This document shows, one piece after another, positions 14,059 to 24,158 of a DNA stretch of 64,000 nt. The stretch is from Podarcis liolepis (lineage: Eukaryota): assembly GCA_965112155.1 (NCBI GenBank), contig OZ218099.1; one strand, 5' to 3'. How positions within the stretch are numbered: the stretch's first letter is position 1; each line of letters begins with the position of its first letter. Below the pieces are notes generated by a model. It made no database searches. It was given only the letters and a program-made list of their open reading frames with translations, and was not told the DNA's origin. A program made the translations under genes and the position numbers.

Positions 14059-14424
14059 CCATGTACTTGGTACTAAAAGGATATAAAGTGCCAGCTGGGC
14101 TTCCTGGAGAGGACATTCCATAAATGCGGTGCCACCACTGAAAGGTCCCTTTCTCTGATCGCCCCCCCCCCCCCGTCTAACCTAAATAGGTTGAAACACT
14201 TAGAGATGGGCCTCGGAAGATGACCTATGCATTTGAGCAGAGACCACGAGGCTACAATCCTAACCCCAGCACCTGGGAGTAAGCCAGGCAAGCGAGAAGC
14301 ACAGTTCAAGGCCACATTCCAACGAGACACCTGAGGGCCAATGAAGGGTGTGGCCTCAGGAGGAGGCGTGGCCTAGGGAGAGGTGTGAAGGGCCTGCATC
14401 TCTCCCTCCCTGCCCAGGTCTGAA

Positions 14425-14682
14425 GTTCCCCCGGGGAGGTTCAACTGGTGCCTTCATTATACACCTTTAGATGCCAAGCAAAAATGTTCCTCTTCAACCA
14501 GACCTTGGGCTGATTGACATCTTATACCCCTTTAAAAATTGTGTGTGGGAGGGGGTGAGCGGGGTTATTGGTTTGTGGGTTTTTTTGTTCTTGTTTTTAT
14601 CATGTGCTTTTATATTGTATTTTTAGGTTGTGAACTGCCCTGAGATATGTGGGCAAAGGACAGTATACAAATGTAATAAATT
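14425..14682 (+). mobile_element. LINE (L2-like) 3' end fragment
   Basis: Same family as 2658-3290 in the opposite orientation. Ends ttgtgaactgccctgag...gtatacaaatgtaataaat. Confidence 0.5.
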
Positions 14683-16453
14683 ATCGTCTAAGCAGTACAC
14701 CACCTTAGGTTTCAGGCAAGGAGTTTGGGAAAACACTGCACTGCACCACAGAGGAGTCTGTCAGAAATAGTTGGGATTGTCACTATGTACATCCACTGCC
14801 TTTGATATGGGCAATGACTGAAAGGGTCCAGACATGATGGATTAGATGTCGGGCTGGATCATTTGCTCCAGTAGCTACTTATGCCAGTATTGGATACCCG
14901 ACAGATTTATATTCTCTCTTCGATCAGAGACCTTCAACTGGTGGATTGGGGACTCACTACCAGGTTGCCTGATCTAAGGTGGGTCACAACAGCAGCACTA
15001 CCACCATACAAATGTATGGAATGAATGAATGAATAGGTCCCCAAATACTTGTTTGGATTACATAGGGGTCCTGTGTATGAAACCGCAGAAGATTGTTGCA
15101 GTTTAAACATTTATGTGCTGTGTCACTAGGTTCATTGGCTGTGTGTTGGAGCCTAATGCCACCTAGTGGTTAAAATTATTCAAGCACCTCAAAGAACAAT
15201 CATAAAATGCACTTTTATTTGTGGTGGGTGTTCAAACTCTACTAGACAAGGCTTTTCAGGTATAAGGCAAAATAGCCGATTCTTCAAACCCCACTGAAGA
15301 CTCAGCCTATGCACCACTGTGATTTGCTCTCCTATGTGATCAATTAGCTGCAGACTTCCTTTTGGAAGGGAAGGTTATACATTTTTAAAGGGAATAAATA
15401 AATAGGTGGCCACTTTCTATTCCTAATATGGAATTAAGCCTCCTTACCAGTCTTCACAGCATACAGATTTCTGGGATCACAACCAACCACATTGTTCAGC
15501 TGAGTCAGGTCTTACAAGACTGTATGTGGATAGAGTGGGTGATTATGTTCCTGTATTGCACAAGTGAAAAATAATGCAACTTTAAGGAGAGATTTCGCAA
15601 AACTGAATCAAGGAATACAGTACATAAAACCTTGACCAAAATATATTGCATCTGTGCCAACTCTGACCACACATCAGAAAGGGCGGGACCTACTAGCTGA
15701 TACATGCAAAAGACATGAGTCAGTCAGGTTTCAGGTCTTGTTATGGGACCTAGAGAAGCTGAGGGAGCTGAGAAAGAACAAGTGGGTGGTCCAAAACAGG
15801 GACAGTAGCTTAGGGTGCAGGCATCACAACAGAGAAGAGTCCCTCAGACTGGGGCTAAGGCTTTATTGGGCCTAGTGGACAGGGATTGGCCTTTGAGGGT
15901 CACATGACTGAATGCTCAGGTAGACCAGTATTACATGTAGTTGAAGCAGAGTTCAGCCTGCCAAACAAGCAGTTAAAGCAGAGTCCTGGTGCTGCAGAGA
16001 TTAAGACACCAGTCTGCTGGGAGTCCTGGTTTGTGCATACACAGTGGGTGCCATGTAACAGGCCTCTGCCTCCAGGGAGCTTGCAGTCTACAAGAGCCAG
16101 TATGCTGTGATGGCTATCATGTTGGTATTATACCAGGATCTTCAAACTGACCTGTATCAACTTGCGCGCCCTTCCCTTTCTCCTGTGTGGCTAGAATTTC
16201 CATGTGCGTCACATTCTTCAAAGTTTCAATTAGTCCTTGATTCATTCTGAAAATCTTTTAGCCTCGTTATTTCAAAGTTGTGTAATGCAGGAACAGATTT
16301 CTTGCTCAAGCCACTCCACCCATCCCTGATGACCTTATGGCTGTTATTATCAGCCTTCCCTACCTCACAGGGTTGTTATGAAGAGCAAATGAAGGCAGGG
16401 AACTGTTTTGTGGGTGAGGAGTTCTCTAGTGGTTTAGTGGTCTTAGCTTAGCC

Positions 16454-16511
16454 CCTTCCTTCCTTCCTTCCTTCCTTCCTTCCTTCCTTCCTTCCTTCCT
16501 TCCTTCCTTCC
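16454..16511. repeat. (CCTT)n microsatellite
   Basis: Directly visible. Confidence 0.9.
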
Positions 16512-18989
16512 CCCCTCTCTCACATTTTTGCACTGTGAGTTACAGAAGACAGAATAAGAAGTGTGAGTGTGGGAGTTTGTCACAACTGGTAGCAATCCCT
16601 TTGCAAGCAAATGAATTCCGAGCAACGAGTTTTGCTTCCCTCCTCCTTCCTCCAGTCCTTTCGTCCTGCCTGGAGCTGCCATGGAAACGGAATAAAGCCT
16701 CTTGCACTGAGTACAGTGTGGTGTGCAGGCTTAACGCACAAGCAAAAGAGAGGGTCTGGGAGAGAAAGATCCTTGCAGACGGGAGAGAAAAGAGCAGAGG
16801 TTGTGCATGAAGAGTTCTAGAACCGCCTGCAGGTGAGGAATTGATGCCAAATAGGATAAGGAAGTCAGAGAGAGGCAGAAGGTTGGCATGTAACCCACAG
16901 CCAGTGTTATAACCACAGCTAAAAAAATGCTTGTGTCTATGCATGCTAAAACCACCCTTCTAAATGATATTTAAGGACAGCCTGCTGCAGATCTAGCAAC
17001 AGTGAAGTGGTTCTGTTTCAAGGCTAAGTGTCTGGGAGTGCATGTTTTGTTGGTGGATGTTTTAGGGTGCCCCCAAACTGTTGATATTTTGTGGGAGGAA
17101 TACACACACATACTGGAACTTTAGGTTTGCACAATTAAAGTGGATTGCATCCCTCTGTCATCCTAGTGTCACAAATCCACTTTAAATAAACAACATTGGA
17201 CTTTTCGCAGTTTGAAAAGCGATGGGGAAATGCATTCAAAAGTGTGGGATGAGTGAATTATTATTATTATTATTTATTAAATTTGTATAACACCCTATTC
17301 TTGCAGGTCTAAGGGTGGTTCAATGACACGTAAACACGCTGCATGCAAATAAGGGTAAATGTAAGATAAATACTCTTTGTCATATAACTACCCCATAAAC
17401 AAATCAGAACAAACGCTCAATGAAGATCAGACATTGACCAACTATTGTGTAAGCTTATCAGGATCATAGCTGTCAACGTTTCCCTTTTTTTAAGGGAAAT
17501 TCCCTTATTCCGAATAGGATTCCTCGCAAGAAAAGGGAAAAGTTGACAGCTATGATCAGGATGAATGTTGAATAAACAGGTTGTCTGGAGGAACCCCGAG
17601 TATCGTGAACAAACAACAACATTTTCAGCAGCAACAGCCAAAAGGAATTGGAATCTAAAGCAACAGCTGCTTTCAGAGACACCAGGATTAGATCCTCTCA
17701 CAAACAACTTTTAGCACAAATGTGCAAATCACTTATTGGTATCTCTGCTTTTCAACTTCAGGTAACAGGAATTCTCCCATCTACTCAGAGTAAGATATCA
17801 TTAAGCCTAGGCCATTTCCCACTTGCCTGATCCACTGTAGGACGTGGAAAACAAAGATGGGGAAATGGAAAGTTGCCTAAACGCCACAGAGTAAACCACC
17901 CTCTGTACAGCCTTAAGGCATTTTTCCATCTTTCCGCTTTCCACAAAGCGAAGTCTGGTTACAGGATCTAAGGAGAAACTGTGAGTAAGGAAGTGTTGTT
18001 GCTATTTATGACTTGGAGAGCATCTCGGCAGATGGCTATATGAATTATATTCTTAGAATTTTTTAAAAAAACACACGTATTGAATCTTTTTCAAGCCACT
18101 CCATCTCATTGCAATTATTCTTATTATTCAGTTAGGTATTTATATCCTGCTCTTCTGCGCCAAAAGCATAATCAAGACAGCATGCAGGATAAAATAATAA
18201 CAAAAACAAACTAAAATGCAATGTTAAAAACAATAACAAGGAAGCCACAATAGCAGTAAAAAAAGCAGGGTTATTTTTAAAAAAATTAAGTGTCCATAGG
18301 TCAGGGGTGGGAAACCTGTGGCTCTCCAGATGTTGTTGCAGACTCCTCAGTGGCAAGGGTTGATAGGAGCTTGAGGACTCATCTACATTAGTACGGAAAA
18401 GGTGTTTTATATATGTTATAACACTGTGACACCAGATAGCACTGTGGAATTCCGTTTTTAGCCAACATGCTTTCCCACTATGTTGTTTACAACACGTTTT
18501 CCTGAAACACTTTTTTAATGTATCTAGATCCAGCCTAAGACCAGTGACAACTGGAGGGCTACAAGTCCCTCCCTGCCCTAGATTATTATTTTTTTTTTTA
18601 CATTTGGAATGGCAGTTGCCAACTCAGCATCCACAGATGCCCTGCTCCCACATTGGTGCCCCTGGCTGGGGGAGGACAAATTATGAGCTTTCATCTTTTT
18701 CTTTTTTAAAAAAAGTAAGGCTCTAGCCTTCCAGGAAAGTTATGAAGCAAAACATACAGGTACCCTTCTAAGTGATTTCTGCAAGATGGGGGCTACTGCC
18801 TGTCAATGCTTTTAACCAACGGATGAAGCTGTGATTGATAAATGTGTTGTTTAGACACCAGGCATTAGGAATCCCTGGGATCCTAAAGAGCTACTGTTTC
18901 CCCCTGTCCTTTAGCGCACTTTTCCTGTTTCTGTCTGTCTTATTTATAGTCTTTGGATTCTCTTTAGTTTCCCCTTCTTTTCCCCATAG

Positions 18990-19045
18990 CAGCCAGGATG
19001 CATCTTCCCTAAGGTCTCTTAGTGTTTACTGGGGCTTATTCACAG
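18990..19045 (+). other. Putative 56-nt 5' non-coding exon of the LRRC8D-like gene
   Basis: Long pyrimidine tract (~18900-18986) ending ccccatag, and a perfect donor CAG|GTAAGT at 19046. Confidence 0.55.
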
Positions 19046-19517
19046 GTAAGTGGGTGCAGGATGACAGCCTAGACTTTGGTTTATGGTTGACACTCAGGAA
19101 ACAGGAGGTTTTTGTGTCTTTGGCAGCTGTATGGCAGGCAGAAACTCAACAGGTTAAGGCAAGCCTTTCCTAGTATGGAAAGCCTCGCCATAACTGTACT
19201 GTCTCTAAGTTTGGGTTATGCCTGACCACTTTGTTAATCAATGACGGCGCTATCAATAGTGCCACACAATGCCCGCTGTACCAGGAGAGGAGCATTCAGT
19301 GTGGCAGCATCAAAACGATGGAACTCCCTCCCAATGTGCATTATGCAAGCGCCTTCTGTTTTATAATTTCAAACACATTTCTGTTTAACCAAGCCTTCCT
19401 TGAAGCGTGACCAGTTCTGTATTTTAGTCATTTATCTCTGAACAGTTTTAATGTTTAACTTTTTATATTGTTCCGTGTAACTTTGTATTGCTCACAGTTT
19501 AGGTATATATATATATA

Positions 19518-19743
19518 CAGTGGTACCTCGGGTTACATACGCTTCAGGTTACAGACTCCACTAACCCAGAAATAGTGCTTCAGGTTAAGAACTTTGCTTC
19601 AGGATAAGAACAGAAATCGTGCTCCGGTGGCACGGCAGCAGCAGGAGGCCCCATTAGCTAAAGTGGTGCTTCAGGTTAAGAACAGTTTCAGGTTAAGAAC
19701 GGACCTCTGGAACGAATTAAGTACTTAACCCGAGGTACCGCTG
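19518..19743. mobile_element. Tc1/mariner (pogo/Tigger-like) MITE, 226 bp
   Basis: TIRs cagtggtacctcgggtta / taacccgaggtaccgctg, sitting in a TA repeat. The interior is the reverse complement of 13553-13770. Confidence 0.85.
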
Positions 19744-19883
19744 TATGTATATGTGTGATGTATATGTGTGCGTGTATATATATATATATATATAAATCAC
19801 TAGCTAAATGTGCTAAACAGACTTTGTTTCAGTGCAATAGCCAAGGATGTTACTCAATTCCCACTTACCATTTGCTTCTAGTG

Positions 19884-21047
19884 ATGTTTAACCTGACAGA
19901 AGTGACCTTCCTCGGTGACGCCCACGCTCGGTTCCAGACTCTAAAGCCTTGGTGGGATGTCCTGATGGACTACTTGGTAGTAGCGATGCTGATGGTCTCT
20001 CTCCTCTCAGGTACTCTGCTGATTTCTGTTGACCATATGACCTGCTTGCCTCTGAATTACAAGCTAAATGAGACCACAGCAGCTATGCTCAAGCCTGGAG
20101 CTATGAACAGTGCCACCAGTGAAGAGTTTTCTGCTGAGAACAGTGGACGCCCAATCAATCTTGACTACCAGCAGTACCTGTACATAAACCATGTCTGCTA
20201 TCAGAATGCTTTGCCTTGGTTCTCCAAGTATTTTCCTTACCTAGCACTTGTCAACTCACTGATTTTAATGGCAAGCAGCAACTTCTGGTTCAGGTACCCT
20301 AAGACGTCCTCAAAGATCGAACACTTCTTATCCATCCTCATGAAATGCTTCGAGTCACCTTGGACCATCAAGGCTGTCTCTGAAATGGTCTACCAGAATT
20401 TCCTAGACCTACCCCAAACCACGGATACTAGAGGATGTCAAGAACAATTTATTTCCCCTTCATCCTCTCCTATCCTTGACTGGAAGGAGAGGGAGCAGGG
20501 CCGGGCACTCTTTGAGAAGATCTGCAGATTCAGGGCACATGCTGAAGGTGCTAGCTTGATTTATATGGTCTACATGGGACAATCAATCTTCAGAGTTGCC
20601 AAGATCCTAACTGTGCTGGGCTACACCTCAAACTGCATAGGAGCCATCTCCTTTGAACATGTTTGCTGGCTGGACACAGAGAACCTGACCGGCTACTCTG
20701 TTTTCCTCTGTAACCACAGCTTGGCTTTCATTCTGCAGAAGTTGATGGTGACCTACCTGTTCTTGGTATTCCTCTATGGGGTGCTGGGGGCTTACCCACT
20801 GTGGTGGCTGCTGTGGCAGCCGCTGCAGAAGTATTCCTTTAAGCAAATGCGAAAAGACAGTCACTTTCTTGGCATCCCAGATGTCTACAACGACTTTGCT
20901 TTCCTCCTGCACATGGCTGATCAGTGCGACCAGCTATACTCCTGGTGGTTTGCCATCTTCCTCTCAGCCATGAGCAAGAGCTCTTTGCTGGATGTGGGCC
21001 TTGAACACAAGGCAAGTATTGAAGGGCTGCAGCTGCATGTGCATTGA
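19884..21047 (+). CDS. LRRC8D-like protein truncated before the LRR domain (387 aa; pannexin-like four-TM pore domain only)
   Basis: Acceptor tttgcttctag at 19871-19881, then ATG at 19884. Motifs [95 protein letters not shown] are D-type rather than C/E-type. There is no intron after TM1, as in LRRC8B/D. Whether it is functional or a pseudogene is unresolved. Confidence 0.8.
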   Translation: MFNLTEVTFLGDAHARFQTLKPWWDVLMDYLVVAMLMVSLLSGTLLISVDHMTCLPLNYKLNETTAAMLKPGAMNSATSEEFSAENSGRPINLDYQQYLYINHVCYQNALPWFSKYFPYLALVNSLILMASSNFWFRYPKTSSKIEHFLSILMKCFESPWTIKAVSEMVYQNFLDLPQTTDTRGCQEQFISPSSSPILDWKEREQGRALFEKICRFRAHAEGASLIYMVYMGQSIFRVAKILTVLGYTSNCIGAISFEHVCWLDTENLTGYSVFLCNHSLAFILQKLMVTYLFLVFLYGVLGAYPLWWLLWQPLQKYSFKQMRKDSHFLGIPDVYNDFAFLLHMADQCDQLYSWWFAIFLSAMSKSSLLDVGLEHKASIEGLQLHVH

Positions 21048-21320
21048 GACTCAAGGGCATCAGAGAACTAAGGCTTCACAAGCTGCCAGGCTACCTAGGG
21101 CCCTCTTCTGTGAAATGGAAGTCCTGAAGCTTGCAAACAGTCCCAGACTAAAGCACCCAGAAAAATAGGTATACTAACCTTTCTCAATCCTCGCTGGTCA
21201 AGATGGGCCCCACTGACCTAGGAAGGCCCACAGTATTCCACATCACATTTCCTGACATTACAACCTGGGGTTGTCTCTCTCAGGGGTCTCCACCAGTATC
21301 TCTCTAGCAACTTTGGCAAG
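21048..21320 (+). pseudogene. Decayed remnant of the first LRRs of the LRRC8D-like gene
   Basis: Fragments in alternating frames: RELRLHKLPG, LPRALFCEMEVLKL, KAPRKIGILTFL, VFHITFPDITTW, VVSLRGLHQYLSSNF. They are collinear with LRRC8E in this window ([27 protein letters not shown], ...[29 protein letters not shown]). Confidence 0.7.
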
Positions 21321-21389
21321 ATGAAAGGTTCAGACCTGTCCTTGTTGGGCTGGGATTATGAATATGGATTTCATATGGATATGGAAGAA

Positions 21390-21572
21390 GGGGTACAGCT
21401 CAATAGTTAAGCATGGGGTTTGTATGCAAAAGATCCTGGGTTCAATCGTTGGCATCTCCAGTTAGGGCTAGGAAAGGCTCCTGTCTGAAACCATGGAGAA
21501 CTGCAGCCGGTCAGTAATACTGATCTAGACAGATCAAGAGTCTGATCCAGTTTCAGGAGCCTCTGATATTCT
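21390..21572 (+). mobile_element. tRNA-derived SINE
   Basis: A-box-like cagctcaatagttaagca and B-box-like gggttcaatcg, followed by ggcatctccagttagggctaggaaag...ctgaaacc. Confidence 0.65.
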
Positions 21573-21666
21573 GATTAACTGAGGGCTGAAGATAAGGCAA
21601 ATTCACAACTGGATCCTTTAACTTTCGTTTCTATTTTAATGCAGTACTTTTTATTAGCTGCTCTGC

Positions 21667-21672
21667 AATAAA
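21667..21672 (+). terminator. Candidate poly(A) signal for the LRRC8D-like gene
   Basis: First AATAAA seen downstream of the stop codon at 21047. Confidence 0.3.
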
Positions 21673-22254
21673 AACAACAGGTACCTGCATTGCCTGTGAA
21701 CTTTCCTCCCTGGGGTTAATAACAGTGCTCTCTCTCTCTCTCTGTGTGTGTGTGTATGTTGGGGGGGAGGGATCAAGGAATTGGTACCAATAATTGGAAA
21801 ACTTCAATAGAAACCAAAGCCTCTTCTGTATTTCTGCTTAAAACAGCAACAACAACAACAAATAATACACTGACCTGGGAATAAGTCCAATAGGGACATA
21901 CTTTTGAGTAAATATGCATAGGATTTCTGTAGCATTTATTACATCTGTTTTAGCCCTGAGATATTAACAGAGAAGCAGATTTGAGCTGGCATGATTTCCC
22001 TGAGCTATGCTGAAAGTAAACACACGAGCACATACAAATTAATGTATAAAACTAACATTTTCTCCAAATGATCTTTTCAATGTTTGTTTGTTTGTAAAAA
22101 AAGAATTGCAGGACTCTACAGTTTCAGTTTAAGAGTGTAAGGAGTTGTAGGTAGTGAAGTGATCCACTTTCTGAAACCAAAGGAGAATATTAGTCATATG
22201 ATGGCACAATGGGCCATCAGTGTGCCTGGCTGTTAACCAGAAGGTTGGGACGGC

Positions 22255-22336
22255 TGTGGGCAGGATTCCTGCATTGCGGGAGGTTGGACTAGATGACCCT
22301 TGGGGTCCCTTCCAACCGTATAATTCTATGATTCTG
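22255..22336 (+). mobile_element. CR1-type LINE 3' end fragment
   Basis: ttcctgcattgcgggaggttggactagatgacccttggggtcccttccaacc...attctatgattct. Confidence 0.65.
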
Positions 22337-23352
22337 TTTCCAAGCCGTTCATATGTTAATGAAACAAGTGTGCCAAAACAAAGAAGATATGTCCTCCTGC
22401 ATCTCCCTTTCCTGCCTGTCTTACAGGAATGACACTTTAAGGATGTATGAAAAATGTGTCAATGAGACACTGACATAAGAGGTGTTTCTTACAGCAAGAA
22501 TGAAAACTCACCATAACCTGGAGAGGCCTTGTAGCCCTGCAGTCAGAAACAATGATTTACAGTACAATCCTATACATGCCTATCCAGCAGTTCTATTGTG
22601 GTTAATGGGGCTTCCTAAAGTAAGTGCAAATAGGATTGCAGTCTTCTTAACTGGTAAGCAGATTGACAAAGGGCTAGTCCACACTTTCACTTATGTCATG
22701 CATAGAAAGCATGGGTCCAAGCAGTTCCCTGCAGATTTCTGCATGACCCACACTTTCAAGGCATGGGTCCAAGCAGTTTCCCCCTTGCCCCACTCCTTTC
22801 CAATTGAAAATCTGCTCTTTAGCAGCAGGATGAGAGGAAGTGTGGATAAGCTGGGAGAGCGAGCTCACAAAGTAACCTTAGTAGTCTCCAGTTAAATGAG
22901 ACAGCTCTGTGGTGTCCCCAGTTCCAAAAACAATTCAGGACAATGTCCCTTATTTTAAACACAAACAAGGAAGAATGCCAAAAACAGAAAGGAGCAACAT
23001 AGTGGAACTCAGAAGACAAAAAGTACTGTACTCCCATAGAAATGAAATGGCCTGTTATGGTTTGCATTTTGCTGGAAGAAACCTATATTATTATCAGAAT
23101 GTTCTGGCTGAAGGCAAAACATACTTAACTGTAGCTAAAGTCACACAGGTGATGTTATCTGAATTAGAGCTGACAGACCATGGCAGGAAAGTCAAAGGAA
23201 AACCAGTACGTAAAACTAATTAACGCATCTCCCCCCCCCCCCCGCTAGCATTGCACCTTCCACAGAAAAATTATAGGAGTCTGTAAGGATTCAACATTTC
23301 CTTCTGATACAATCTGTATATGTATTTTTATGTAGGTAAGAATCAAGTAGGT

Positions 23353-23490
23353 AAGGTGTGGGGAACCCATGGTCCTTCTCCACACATTTCTAGACTACAT
23401 GTCCTATCATCCTTGATCCTTAGTAATGTCAGCTGATGGTGATGGGAGTTGGAATCCATCATCTGGAGGGTCTGAGGTTCCCCACCCCTG
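23353..23490. mobile_element. Palindromic hAT-type MITE
   Basis: Ends aaggtgtggggaacc / ggttccccacccctg with a degenerate 8-bp TSD (aagtaggt / aagtagaa). Related copies at 31386, ~35490, 39844 and ~43626. Confidence 0.7.
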
Positions 23491-23661
23491 AAGTAGAAGG
23501 CATATATTTAAAATTAAAGATGTATGTGTCTTAGGATGGAGGCGTGTGCACACGTATATACACATGCAGTTTTCTTCTTAAACCCTAACTTGATCACCAT
23601 CTAAGAGAATGTAATAAAGGCTTGCTTTGCTCTGTACTTTGGAAGAACGTTCCCTCAGTGG

Positions 23662-23823
23662 AAGGTGGAAGAACGTTCCCTCAGTTTCTTTACATTTCCA
23701 ACACTTATTGTCTGGCAAATGATATATTTTTGCAAGCTTGACTGGGGCCATGTACCACCTATATATCATTTTCATAATATTTTCTTTCAGGGCATTATAT
23801 GCCGTAAATTTCACACCAGTGGG
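23662..23823 (-). mobile_element. L1/Tx1-clade LINE ORF2 C-terminal fragment
   Basis: Minus-strand translation KMIYRWYMAPVKLAKIYHLPDNKCWKCKETEGTFFH resembles the cysteine-rich (CxxC..H) C-terminal region of non-mammalian L1-clade ORF2. Confidence 0.75.
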
Positions 23824-23899
23824 GTAGCTGTTATCTCATAACATGCTTTCCCATTTACTTCTTCATGCAGCGCATAGTTAAACTATGAAACAGGAGGCA

Positions 23900-24158
23900 G
23901 TGATGGACAAAATGTTGGACAGCTTTTGAAGAGGATTAGACAAGATTCATGGAGGATGCTGTCAGAGGCTACCAGCTGTGATGGCTACTAGCTCTGCCTC
24001 CACTGCTGGAGACAAAATGCTTCTGAATACCAGCTGCTGGAAGCCACAGGCAGGGAGAGTGCCCTTGTCCTCCTTGTGAGTTTCCAACAGGCGTCTGGGT
24101 GGCCACTGTGAGAACAGGATGTTGGATTAGATGGGCCAGAAGGCTCTTCTTATGTTCG
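23900..24158 (+). mobile_element. Older CR1-like 3' fragment
   Basis: cttttgaagaggattagacaagattcatggaggat...gatgttggattagatgggcc...ctcttcttatgttc. Confidence 0.5.

Noticed and set aside
19755-19883. 43-aa N-terminal extension (MMYMCACIYIYIY...) of the 430-aa ORF
   Set aside because: It runs through a TA/TG microsatellite next to a MITE and lies upstream of a splice acceptor. Family homology starts at ATG 19884.
19884-21047. Interpretation as a processed retrocopy, or as a true pannexin gene
   Set aside because: LRRC8D-type CDSs are naturally single-exon, and a splice acceptor precedes the ATG with no poly(A) tail or TSD seen. LRRC8-specific motifs and an LRR remnant exclude a pannexin.
21390-21465. 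tRNA-like sequence
   Set aside because: Degenerate A/B boxes continue into a SINE body; no intact cloverleaf.
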